Source of the DNA: Microbacterium sp.
GTDB taxonomy: Bacteria; Actinomycetota; Actinomycetes; Actinomycetales; Microbacteriaceae
Direction: 5' to 3'
DNA length: 64,000 nucleotides
NCBI GenBank assembly: GCA_047605005.1
Contig: JASGGN010000005.1
Coordinates: 13,295-77,294, forward strand
This document shows, piece after piece, positions 1 through 8,824 of this stretch. The notes under the pieces were generated by a model, which saw only the letters and a list, made by a program, of their open reading frames with translations, was not told where the DNA came from and searched no databases. The position numbers were made by a program, and so were the translations under genes. The stretch's first letter is position 1; every line of letters starts with the position of its first letter.

Positions 1-134
1 ACCCTTCGACGTTAGGAGGGCCGGGCCGGTGGCGAAAATCACGTGACGTTCGATGTCGCCGCAGGGCTCGGGGCCACGCGCACGCTCCCGCGCGACCGGG
101 TGGCGCGCCCTGTCACGACGCGCGCTCTCAGAGG

Positions 135-207
135 CGCCCCAGGAGGGATTCGAACCCCCGACGCCCGCCTTAGGACGGCGGCGCTCTATCCACTGAGCTA
201 CTGAGGC
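135..207 (-). tRNA. tRNA-Arg (anticodon CCT)
   Basis: Reverse complement GCCTCAG TA GCTC AGTGGATA GAGC G CCGCC GTCCTAA GGCGG GCGTC GGGGG TTCGAAT CCCTC CTGGGGC G folds as a cloverleaf; CCA not encoded. Confidence 0.95.
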
Positions 208-276
208 GAGCCGGGTCAGTCTACCCGAGAGGGCCGGGGCCGGTGCCATCGCGGCGGGGGCAGCCCCGGGTACGAT

Positions 277-1734
277 TCACGACCGCACCGGGGTGCGCCC
301 ACTCGGGCGAGGCAGCAACGCGATCACCGCGAGGGCGAGCAGCGCGACGGCGCCGCCGACGACGAGGGCGAGCTGGAAGCCCGCAAGGCTCGGCGCCGTC
401 GTCCCATCGATCGTGGTCGTCATGGCGGCCAGGACGACACCGGTGACGGCGGAGGCGCCGCTCGTGCCGATCGAGCGGACGAGGGTGTTGAAGCTCGTCG
501 CAGATGCGGTCTCGCCGACCGGGACGGCCCCCATGATGAGCATGGGGATGGCGCCGTAGGCCAGTCCCACGCCGATGTTGATCACCATGATCGACCCCAT
601 GATCCCCCAGGTCGAGCCGAGCAGCAGCAGGCTCGCACCGTAACCGGCGGCGACGCCGATCGCGCCGAGCGCGAGGGTCGTCTTCGCGCCGCGCGCCGCG
701 GTCAGGCGCGCGCCGAACGGGGAGACGACCATCATCACGACGCCACCGGGAACGAGCCAAAGCGCCATCTGCAGCATCGACTGCCCGTGCCCGTACCCGG
801 TGGATGCCGGGAGCTGGAGCAGCTGCGGGAGGATGAGCGACTGCCCGTACATCGCGAAGCCGATCATCAGCGACGCGAGGTTGGTGAGGGCGACTTGCGG
901 GTTGCGCAGGCTCCGGAGGTTCACGAGCGGCTGCCGCGCGTGCACCTGCTGGAGGACCCAGAAACCGAGGAGGAACACGGCCGCGGCGAACAGGCCGAGG
1001 GTGACCGGCGAGTCCCACCCCCACGTCGCGCCCTTGGAGATCGGCAGCAGCAGCGCGGCGAGTCCACCCGACAGCAGCAGCGCACCGGGCAGGTCGAACC
1101 GGGCGCCACGAACACGACCGCTGCCGGGCGGGACGAGCCAGAGCACGAGGATCAAGGTCACCGCGGTGAGGGCGGCGAAGACGGCGAACATGATCCGCCA
1201 ACTCGCGTATTCGGCGATCGTCGCGGCGAACGGCAGCGCGATCGCCCCGCCGACGCCCATCGACGCGCTCATCGTCGCGACGGCCGAGCCGATGCGCTCG
1301 GGCGGCACGACCTCGCGCAGCAGGCTGATGCCGAGCGGCACGACGCCCATGCCGAGACCCTGCAAGGCACGTCCGGCGATCATGAGGTCGAGAGATCCGG
1401 CGACGGCGCACAGCATCGAACCGGCGGCGAGCGGGATGAGGCTCGCCAGCAGCACACGGCGCTTGCCGAGCATGTCGCCCAGACGGCCCGCGATCGGGAC
1501 GGCGACGGCGGCCGCGAGCAGGGTCGCCGTCACCGCCCACGCCGTGTCATCCGGTGCCGCATCGAGGATGCCGGGCAGCTGTCCGAGAAGCGGGACGATG
1601 AGGGTCTGGGTGCCCGCGGCGATGATGCCGGCGACGGCGAGCACGGCGACGATCGCCGTGGGCGGGCGCCGCGGCGACGTCGCGATCGTCTCGCTCGACT
1701 CGGTCTTCTTCGCCCGTTGGATGGTGGTCGTCAT
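277..1734 (-). CDS. MFS transporter (DHA2/EmrB-like, 14-TM type)
   Basis: 485 aa, hydrophobic, MFS motif A GRLGDMLGKRR, GRALQG motif. Confidence 0.9.
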   Translation of the reverse strand: MTTTIQRAKKTESSETIATSPRRPPTAIVAVLAVAGIIAAGTQTLIVPLLGQLPGILDAAPDDTAWAVTATLLAAAVAVPIAGRLGDMLGKRRVLLASLIPLAAGSMLCAVAGSLDLMIAGRALQGLGMGVVPLGISLLREVVPPERIGSAVATMSASMGVGGAIALPFAATIAEYASWRIMFAVFAALTAVTLILVLWLVPPGSGRVRGARFDLPGALLLSGGLAALLLPISKGATWGWDSPVTLGLFAAAVFLLGFWVLQQVHARQPLVNLRSLRNPQVALTNLASLMIGFAMYGQSLILPQLLQLPASTGYGHGQSMLQMALWLVPGGVVMMVVSPFGARLTAARGAKTTLALGAIGVAAGYGASLLLLGSTWGIMGSIMVINIGVGLAYGAIPMLIMGAVPVGETASATSFNTLVRSIGTSGASAVTGVVLAAMTTTIDGTTAPSLAGFQLALVVGGAVALLALAVIALLPRPSGRTPVRS

Positions 1735-1780
1735 GAGAGCAGTCCTTCGTTCGTCGGGTCGGGGCAGTGGCCTGAGCAGG

Positions 1781-2344
1781 TCAGCTCAGCAGGCGGGTTG
1801 CCTGCTCGGTGGTCTCGTAGAGCGCGTCGAACTCGCGGTCGATCAGCGGCGCGACGGCGGCCGTCCGGCGCGCCATCACACCGTGATAGGCGAGGAAGCC
1901 GCCGACCCAGCCGATGAGGCCGATCGCGCCGAGCACGATCGAGACGGCCAGCATCCCACCGTTCATGAGAAAGACTGATCCCGCGAGAAATGCGGCGCCG
2001 AAGATGCCGATGGTGACGGCGACCGCGAACGCACGGGTGGTCTTGGACTTCTCCAGCCGCGCGATGGCCGACAGCGACCCTTCGGCCTTGCGCTGGAGGG
2101 TCTGTACCAACTGCCGGTTGCGGATGTTGCGGTCGCGCTTGAGTTTGAGGGTGACCGCGGTCGGACGGATGCCCGGGGTAAACGCCCGGATCGGGCCCGC
2201 GACCTCGGTGGAATCGACGGTCCACCCGAAGCTGCGGTAGGTGTCCTGGTAGAGCGGCTCGAGGTCGCGGGGGGCGCGCACAGAAGCGTATTCGTTGGCG
2301 GCGAAGCCGGTGGGCCGGTCGGTCGGTGCGGTCAGGATGGTCAT
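1781..2344 (-). CDS. Hypothetical membrane protein (soluble N-terminus, two C-terminal TM helices)
   Basis: ATG at 2344 preceded by AAGGAG; MTILTAP...; hydrophobic hairpin near the C-terminus. Confidence 0.75.
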   Translation of the reverse strand: MTILTAPTDRPTGFAANEYASVRAPRDLEPLYQDTYRSFGWTVDSTEVAGPIRAFTPGIRPTAVTLKLKRDRNIRNRQLVQTLQRKAEGSLSAIARLEKSKTTRAFAVAVTIGIFGAAFLAGSVFLMNGGMLAVSIVLGAIGLIGWVGGFLAYHGVMARRTAAVAPLIDREFDALYETTEQATRLLS

Positions 2345-2356
2345 GATCTGGGTCTC

Positions 2357-2380
2357 CTTGCGGGATGTCTTGCGGGATGT
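2357..2380. repeat. 12-bp tandem duplication CTTGCGGGATGT x2
   Basis: Two exact copies abutting the RBS of the 1781-2344 gene. Confidence 0.85.
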
Positions 2381-2462
2381 CGATCCCGATGCCCGGCTGG
2401 GGCATGTATCGATCGTCCGCGAGCCGCCCATCGAGCGAATCGTCCCGCTGAACCGCCGTCGC

Positions 2463-2478
2463 TACTGCGCATGAAGTA
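2463..2478. promoter_or_regulatory. Putative NarL/LuxR response-regulator site TACT-N8-AGTA (site 1)
   Basis: TACTGCGCATGAAGTA in the divergent intergenic region; matches sites at 5677 and 7033. Confidence 0.55.
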
Positions 2479-2512
2479 CCTCCGCGACGACGGCGCGGGA
2501 GAGGATGAGGAC

Positions 2513-3697
2513 ATGCGCACGGCAAACGACGCCCGGCACCGATCGGGCACGCGGGCGTGGGAGCTGGTGCCCCGCGCCCTGGAATCCGGGGTGCTCGTCA
2601 TCCTGCTGCTCGCCGTCGGCACCGAGGTCGTCACGGCCGCCGTCGGCGGCGCGACCGTCGTGCACTACCTGCCGGCGGCCCTGATCGTGACGGGCGTCGC
2701 CGTCAGCCGCCGCCTCCCGTATCTCGGACTCGGGCTCGTGGCCACGGCCCCGCTGCTGGCCACGCTCGTCGGTCGAGAGCCGGCGACCGGCATCTGGTCG
2801 ATGGCCTGCTTCGCCGTTCTCCTGTTCACCCTGCGGGGCTTCTCGGCGCTGCTGAGCGGCGCGGTGGTGGCGATCGCGAACTTCGCCGCCGTCGCCTGGC
2901 AGCTCGGCACGATCAACGTGAACACCGATGCCAGCGCTTCGATCGCCGCATTCGCCGCGATCGTGTGCGCAGCCATCGGCAGCGCGATCCGCGGCAACCA
3001 CCGTTACCGGCAGGAGGCCGAGCGGCGTGTCCAGGATGCCGAGGCGAGCCGCCTCGCCGCGGTCGACCGCGGCATCGCGCAGGAGCGACTGCGCATCGCC
3101 CGCGACCTGCACGATTCCGTCGGCCACCAGATCGCCGTCGTCAACATGCACCTCGGCGCCGCCGAGGTGCACCTGCCACCGGGTGCCGAACAGACACGCG
3201 GTGATCTCGCGGCAGCCCGCGAGGGCGTGCAGGCGGTGCTTCTCGAGACGCAGCAGATCCTCACCGTGCTCCGCGTGGGCGACGGCGAGCAGGGCCTGGA
3301 GCCCACCCCCGGACACACCGGCATCCAGGACCTCGTGGACTCTTTCCGCCACGCCGGGATGGCGATCGAGGCGACCCTGGAGGACGTCACGGGCGAACTG
3401 TCCGCGCAGGCGAGCGTCGCCGCATACCGCATCGTTCAGGAAGCGCTCACGAACGCGCAGAAGCACGGCGAGGGCACCGTCTCGGTCACCATCCGGCAGG
3501 GCGAGGCAGGCGACGTGTCGATCGAGGTGGTCAACGTCCGCCGGGCGCACGGCCATGCCGCCCCGGGCGGAGGGAACGGCGTGGTGGGCATGCGCGAGCG
3601 TGCCGCGTCCGTCGGCGGAGCGCTCAGCACCCGCACCGATGGGAAGCTGTTCTGGCTGACGGCAACCATTCCCTGCGAGAGAGAGGCCGCCCGATGA
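2513..3697 (+). CDS. Sensor histidine kinase (HisKA_3, NarX/DesK type)
   Basis: TM N-terminus, ERLRIARDLHDSVGH H-box, QEALTNAQKH N-box, GNGVVGMRER; start placed at ATG 2513. Confidence 0.92.
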   Translation: MRTANDARHRSGTRAWELVPRALESGVLVILLLAVGTEVVTAAVGGATVVHYLPAALIVTGVAVSRRLPYLGLGLVATAPLLATLVGREPATGIWSMACFAVLLFTLRGFSALLSGAVVAIANFAAVAWQLGTINVNTDASASIAAFAAIVCAAIGSAIRGNHRYRQEAERRVQDAEASRLAAVDRGIAQERLRIARDLHDSVGHQIAVVNMHLGAAEVHLPPGAEQTRGDLAAAREGVQAVLLETQQILTVLRVGDGEQGLEPTPGHTGIQDLVDSFRHAGMAIEATLEDVTGELSAQASVAAYRIVQEALTNAQKHGEGTVSVTIRQGEAGDVSIEVVNVRRAHGHAAPGGGNGVVGMRERAASVGGALSTRTDGKLFWLTATIPCEREAAR

Positions 3698-4265
3698 CGA
3701 CGGCGATGACCACCGTGATGCTCGTCGACGACCAGGAGATGATCCGCGCGGGCCTGCGCGTCATCATCGATGCCTACTCCGACCTCGAGGTCGTCGCCGA
3801 GGCCGGCGAGGGCTACACGGCCGTCCATCTGCTGGAGTCGACCCCGGTCGACGTCGTCCTCATGGACCTCAACATGCCCGGTATCGACGGGGTGGAGGCG
3901 GTGCGCCGCATCCGCGCCGCCCACGGTCCCGAGCGCCCACGCATCCTCGTGCTGACCACCTTCGACCAGGATCAGAACGTCCTCGCCGCACTCCGCGCGG
4001 GCGCGGACGGATTCTTCAGCAAGGGCGCGGGGCCCGCCGAGCTCGCCGACGGCATCCGCCGCATCGCGGCCGGAGCGCACGCGCTCTCGCCGACGGCGAT
4101 CGACGCGCTCGTCAGCCACGCCGCCGAAGAGCCGGTGCCTCCGTCGGACCCGGAGAAGGCCGCCCTGTTCACCGCGCTCACCCCCCGAGAGCTGGAGGTC
4201 GTCGAGCTCATCGTCACGGGTCTCGACAACGCCGAGATCAGCCGTCGCATCTTCATCTCCCCTTA

Positions 4266-5564
4266 GGACTCGCTAATAAATAACTGCGTCTGATATGGGT
4301 TGGCGTGGGATAATGGTGTATGGCTATTGCTCCCGAGACTGTTGTCGCGTTGCGGGCGAAGTTCGACGCGTTGCTGCCGCATCTGGATGAGCGGGCGCAG
4401 CGGCTGACGCTCGCGGCCGAGGCGAGATCGTTGGGTCATGGCGGGATCGCGGCGGTCGCGCGGGCGTCGGGGTCGTCGAGGTCGCGGGTGCAGCAGGGCG
4501 TTGCGGAGCTGGAGGCCGGCGTGGAGCCGCTCGGGCGGGTGCGCAGGCCCGGCGCGGGACGCAAGCCGATCGCCGAGACCGATCCGGGGATCGTGGAGGC
4601 TCTGTTGGCGCTGGTGGAGCCGACCCGGCGGGGGGATCCAGAATCGGCGCTGTCGTGGACGACGTTGTCGACCCAGAACCTCGCCGACGAGCTGACGGCG
4701 TCGGGGCATCCGGTCAGCTCGGTGAAAGTCGCGCAGCTCCTCAAGGAGCAGGGGTTCAGCCTGCAGGCCAACAGCAAGCAGATCGAGGGTCGTCAGCATC
4801 CCGACCGGGACGCCCAGTTCTCCTACCTCAACGACCATGTCCGCGATCACATCATGGCCGGGGACGCGGTGATCAGTGTGGACACGAAGAAGAAGGAACT
4901 CATCGGCGAGTTCCGCAACAACGGGCGAGAGTGGCATCCGAAGGGTGCGCCGCGGGCGGTGAACGTGCACGACTTCAAGGACCAGGAGTTGGGCAAGGTG
5001 AACCCGTACGGGGTCTACGACGTCGCCGCCGACACCGGCTGGGTGTCGGTCGGTGTCGATCACGACACCTCCGCGTTCGCGGTGAACACGATCCGTTCGT
5101 GGTGGAACACCGTCGGCCGTGGCGCTTACCCGGGCGCATCCAGGCTGCTGATCACTGCTGACGGCGGCGGCTCCAATGGATACCGCACCAGGCTCTGGAA
5201 GACCGAACTCGCCCAGCTGGCCACCGAGACCGGCCTGACCATCACGGTCTGCCACCTCCCGCCAGGAACGAGCAAGTGGAACAAGATCGAGCACCGCCTG
5301 TTCTCGCGCATCTCGATCAACTGGCGTGCCCGCCCCCTGACCAGCCGAGAGGTCGTCGTGAACAGCATCGGCGCGACCCGGACCGCTTCCGGTGAACGAG
5401 TCGAGGCCGTACTCGATACCGCCGAGTATCCCGCCGGGATCAAGATCCCCGACACGCAGATGCAGAAACTCGTCAACGACGGCGTACTGACCCGCCACGA
5501 GTGGCACGGAGAATGGAACTACACCCTCCGCCCCGACACGCACACCTAATTACTTCGCGCCCCC
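4266..5564 (+). mobile_element. ISAzo13-family insertion sequence (1299 bp) with TTA target duplication
   Basis: Imperfect terminal IRs GGACTCGCTAATAAATAA / GGGGGCGCGAAGTAATTA; TTA at 4263-4265 and 5565-5567; single transposase. Confidence 0.88.
4320..5549 (+). CDS. ISAzo13-family DDE transposase
   Basis: ISVDTKKKE, ITADGGGSNG, PPGTSKWNKIEHRLF and HGEWNY motifs; intact 409 aa. Confidence 0.93.
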   Translation: MAIAPETVVALRAKFDALLPHLDERAQRLTLAAEARSLGHGGIAAVARASGSSRSRVQQGVAELEAGVEPLGRVRRPGAGRKPIAETDPGIVEALLALVEPTRRGDPESALSWTTLSTQNLADELTASGHPVSSVKVAQLLKEQGFSLQANSKQIEGRQHPDRDAQFSYLNDHVRDHIMAGDAVISVDTKKKELIGEFRNNGREWHPKGAPRAVNVHDFKDQELGKVNPYGVYDVAADTGWVSVGVDHDTSAFAVNTIRSWWNTVGRGAYPGASRLLITADGGGSNGYRTRLWKTELAQLATETGLTITVCHLPPGTSKWNKIEHRLFSRISINWRARPLTSREVVVNSIGATRTASGERVEAVLDTAEYPAGIKIPDTQMQKLVNDGVLTRHEWHGEWNYTLRPDTHT

Positions 5565-5674
5565 TTACACCGTGAAGACGCACGCGAACCGCGCGATGAT
5601 GAAGGTCGGTGCCCGCGATCGCGCCCAGCTCGTCTCCCTCGCGATCCAGGCCGGCATCCGCGGATGAGCCCGCG

Positions 5675-5694
5675 TCTACTGCGGGCGCGGTAGA
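5675..5694. promoter_or_regulatory. Putative response-regulator site (site 2) TCTACT-GCGGGCGC-GGTAGA
   Basis: Inverted repeat TCTAC/GTAGA with the same spacing as site 1, upstream of the 5787 gene. Confidence 0.55.
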
Positions 5695-5786
5695 GGGTGC
5701 GCTCTCGGCGGACGACGCGTCCGGCCCGGGGAGCTGAGACGGTGGATATGTCGCCACCGGGCGGCGGAAACGAGCAGCACGCAGCC

Positions 5787-6506
5787 ATGTTCATGCAGAC
5801 CGAAGTCCTCGCCAGCCACGAGGCGCCCGGCCGCACCGGAAACCTCGTCGCCGCGATGCGCGACACCGGCCGCCGGAACATCTACCTCTCCGCCGCCGCG
5901 ATCCCCTCCCACCTGCTGATGGGCGGGTGGAAGGGCGCACTGCTGATCGTCAGCCCGTCCCTGTTCATGCTCGCCAACGTTCTGTTCACGCTGGGCCTGG
6001 CCGGCGTGAAGCTCATCGTCGTGCTCGCCGACGGGCGCCACCGGCGTACCGGGGACGATGCCGTCCTGACGCGCGCGTATCGTGCCGGCGGGCTCGTCCT
6101 GCTGCTGCTCTCCCTCGTGTACGCCGGCCTCTGCCTCCCCCTCCTGCTCGGCCAGGCGAGCACCGAGCGGTACTCGTACGAGGTCGCGATCGCGATCGCG
6201 ACCGTCACCTTCGTCGAGCTCGGCTTCTCCATCCACGGCTTCGTCTCCTCGCGCCGGCGCGGGGATCTGCTCATGGAGGCCGTCAAGCTCAGCAATCTCG
6301 CCGCCGCGCTCATCTTCCTCGTGCTCACCCAGACCGCGCTGCTGTCGATGACCTCCGAGACCGACCACTCCCGCTACAACGGCATCTGCGGGATCGTCAT
6401 GGGCGCAGGCGCCGCGCTGATCGGCCTGCGGCTGCTGCTGCGCCGCGTGCCGTCGCCCGGCGCCCCGTCTACGCTGTCGCGCAGTCATAGGCTGACGGCG
6501 TGGTGA
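5787..6506 (+). CDS. Hypothetical multi-pass membrane protein
   Basis: About six hydrophobic segments; GC3-rich coding frame; start uncertain (5787 or 5793). Confidence 0.75.
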   Translation: MFMQTEVLASHEAPGRTGNLVAAMRDTGRRNIYLSAAAIPSHLLMGGWKGALLIVSPSLFMLANVLFTLGLAGVKLIVVLADGRHRRTGDDAVLTRAYRAGGLVLLLLSLVYAGLCLPLLLGQASTERYSYEVAIAIATVTFVELGFSIHGFVSSRRRGDLLMEAVKLSNLAAALIFLVLTQTALLSMTSETDHSRYNGICGIVMGAGAALIGLRLLLRRVPSPGAPSTLSRSHRLTAW

Positions 6507-7000
6507 GTAAGCACAAGGGACCAGAGGAACGTGCACGCGCGCTGAAGGAGCAGGTCTACGCCTCGTTCACGGGGCTGGCGATCGTGACGGTCTTCGCCCT
6601 CGACCCCGGCCACACCACGGCGATTGACGCGCTGCTCACCCTGCTCGCCGGCATCGTGGGGATCACGATCGCCGGCTTCGTCGCAGAAGTGCTGAGCCAT
6701 CTCGTCTCGCACCGCGCCCTGCCCACGCCCGCGGAGGTGCGGACGATGGTCCGGATCGCCGCCGGCGCGATCGCATCGGCATCGATCGCGCTGATCGCCC
6801 TCGCAGCGGCGTGGGTCGGGCTGTTCAGCCTCGGCATCGCCCTGCAGGTGAGCGTCGGCATCTACCTGCTGACCCTCGGCATCATCGCCATGACAGCGGC
6901 ATATCGCACCGGGCTGCCCTGGCGGCACCAACTCATCGCGTTCGGCGGATTGGTCGGGCTCGGCGCGATCGTCATCGCGGTGCTCGTGCTCGCGCACTGA
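6503..7000 (+). CDS. Hypothetical membrane protein
   Basis: GTGA overlap with the upstream stop; about five TM segments; LKEQVYASFTGLA motif. Confidence 0.78.
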   Translation: MSKHKGPEERARALKEQVYASFTGLAIVTVFALDPGHTTAIDALLTLLAGIVGITIAGFVAEVLSHLVSHRALPTPAEVRTMVRIAAGAIASASIALIALAAAWVGLFSLGIALQVSVGIYLLTLGIIAMTAAYRTGLPWRHQLIAFGGLVGLGAIVIAVLVLAH

Positions 7001-7030
7001 AATACCGAGGCAGCACCCCGCCCCGAGGCT

Positions 7031-7050
7031 GATACCGCGAATGGAGTATC
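7031..7050. promoter_or_regulatory. Putative response-regulator site (site 3) GATACC-GCGAATGG-AGTATC
   Basis: Inverted repeat GATAC/GTATC with the same TACYGCG-N5-RGTA core. Confidence 0.55.
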
Positions 7051-7328
7051 CCCGCCGCTCCCGCTGCACGATGCCGGAAAGCTCGCCGAAGGCGATCGTG
7101 GAAGGGCGCGAACGAAAGCGCTACACCCCGACTCGCCGACCGAGGAGAACCGATGCCGAGCCTCATCGCGATGTACGTAGGGACCCTCGCCGCCAGCGCC
7201 CTGACCCTCGCCCTGACGCTCGCGGGTGTCTACCTCCTCGGCCGGATCGATCGCCACCGCTCCGGAGGCCTTCGAGTTTCGAGTCCGCGAGCGGCGCGCC
7301 CGGCCGCCACATCGGCATCCTGGGCCGG

Positions 7329-8756
7329 TCAGCCCTCCGGGAGCGCCGGACGCTCCTCGACACCGGCTTTCGGCTGGGGAATGAGCGCCGCCAGCACGGT
7401 GCACACTACGGCGGCGACGAGCCCCAGGATGAAAGCGAGCTGGAAGCCCCCGGCGGTCGGCAGCGACGTGCCCCCCACCTCGACGGCGGACTGCGCCAGC
7501 ACCGCCGCGATCGCCGCCGATGCGATGGCGGTGCCGAGCGAGCGCATGAGCGTGTTCAGTCCGTTCGCGGCCCCCGTCTCGGCGGCGGGGACGGCGCGCA
7601 TGATGAGGGTCGGCATCGCGGCGTATCCGAGGCCGATCCCGATGCCGACGCAGACGTTGATCAGCAGGATGCCCCAGACGGGCAGCGGCAGCAGGACTGC
7701 TCCCAGGTAGGTCACCGCGATGATCGCAGCTCCTGTGACGAACAGGGGCTTCGGGCCGCTCCGGCGCTCGATGCGACCGGCGACCGGTGACATCGCGAGC
7801 ATCGCGAGCCCGGACGGCATCAGGATCAGGCTCGCGGGGAGGAGCTCGAGGCCGAGTCCGCCGACCTCTTCGGGCAGCTCCAGCAGCTGCGGGAAGGCGA
7901 TGCTGGAGGAGAACAGCGCGAACCCCATCGCGATCGACGCGAGGTTCGTCAGCAAGACCGGCCCCCGCGCGGAGACGCGAAGATCCACCAGCGGTCGCGG
8001 CATCCGCAGCTCGTACCAGCCCCAGATCAGGAGCACCACGACACCGCCGGCGAGCAGGCCCAGGGTGGGTGCGGAGCTCCACCCCCACTCGTTGCCGCGC
8101 GAGATGGCCAGCAGCAGCCCCGCGAGCCCGAGGGCGAGCCCCACGGCACCGACGAGGTCCACTCGACCCGGGGCGCGCAGCGTCGAGACGGGAACGACCA
8201 GCAGGATCAGTGCGAAACAGATCGCGCCGAGGGCAGCGGCGACCCAGAACAGGACGTGCCAGTCGTAATGCTCGGTGACGAAGGCAGAAAGCGGAAGACC
8301 GAGCGCCCCGCCGACCCCGAGCGTCGCCGAGACGAGAGCGATGGCCGAACCGAGCCGGTCGCGGTGGAGGGTGTCGCGGAGGATCGCGATGCCGAGCGGG
8401 ATGACTCCCATGCCGGCGCCCTGCAGACCCCGGCCGATGATCAGGGGCGCGACAGTCGGCGACAGCGCTGCGATGACCGAGCCGAGGACGAGCAGGACGA
8501 GGAGCGACAGGGCGACGCGACGCTTGCCGAACATGTCGCCGAGTCGTCCCGAGATCGGCGTGCAGATCGCCGAGACCAGCAGCGTGATGGTGATGACCCA
8601 GGCGGTGTCGTCCCGGCTCGCGTCCAGCAGCTCAGGCAGTTCTGCCTGGATCGGGATCAGGATCGTCTGCATGAACGAGGCGCTCATCCCGGCGAATGCC
8701 AGCACCGCGGTGACGAGCCCCGGTCGCGGCATGCGGGTCAGATCACGCGCGGTCAT
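7329..8756 (-). CDS. MFS transporter (DHA2-like), paralog of 277-1734
   Basis: GRLGDMFGKRR, GRGLQG, LPELLDASRDDTAW. Confidence 0.9.
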   Translation of the reverse strand: MTARDLTRMPRPGLVTAVLAFAGMSASFMQTILIPIQAELPELLDASRDDTAWVITITLLVSAICTPISGRLGDMFGKRRVALSLLVLLVLGSVIAALSPTVAPLIIGRGLQGAGMGVIPLGIAILRDTLHRDRLGSAIALVSATLGVGGALGLPLSAFVTEHYDWHVLFWVAAALGAICFALILLVVPVSTLRAPGRVDLVGAVGLALGLAGLLLAISRGNEWGWSSAPTLGLLAGGVVVLLIWGWYELRMPRPLVDLRVSARGPVLLTNLASIAMGFALFSSSIAFPQLLELPEEVGGLGLELLPASLILMPSGLAMLAMSPVAGRIERRSGPKPLFVTGAAIIAVTYLGAVLLPLPVWGILLINVCVGIGIGLGYAAMPTLIMRAVPAAETGAANGLNTLMRSLGTAIASAAIAAVLAQSAVEVGGTSLPTAGGFQLAFILGLVAAVVCTVLAALIPQPKAGVEERPALPEG

Positions 8757-8772
8757 GACACGAAGCTCGAAG

Positions 8773-8787
8773 TGATACGGCGTCTCA
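8773..8787. promoter_or_regulatory. Putative TetR operator TGATAC-GGC-GTCTCA
   Basis: Imperfect palindrome between the divergent MFS and TetR genes. Confidence 0.45.
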
Positions 8788-8824
8788 TCATTGATTCAGA
8801 ATATCACTTGGTAGACTCCGCCTC

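Larger units (their letters stand above)
3694..5667 (+). pseudogene. NarL/LuxR-family response regulator interrupted by an IS (3694-4265 joined to 5568-5667)
   Basis: Receiver domain and LTPRELEV...IFISP end at a junction TAG; removing the IS restores IFISPYTVKTHANRAMMKVGARDRAQLVSLAIQAGIRG*. Confidence 0.92.
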
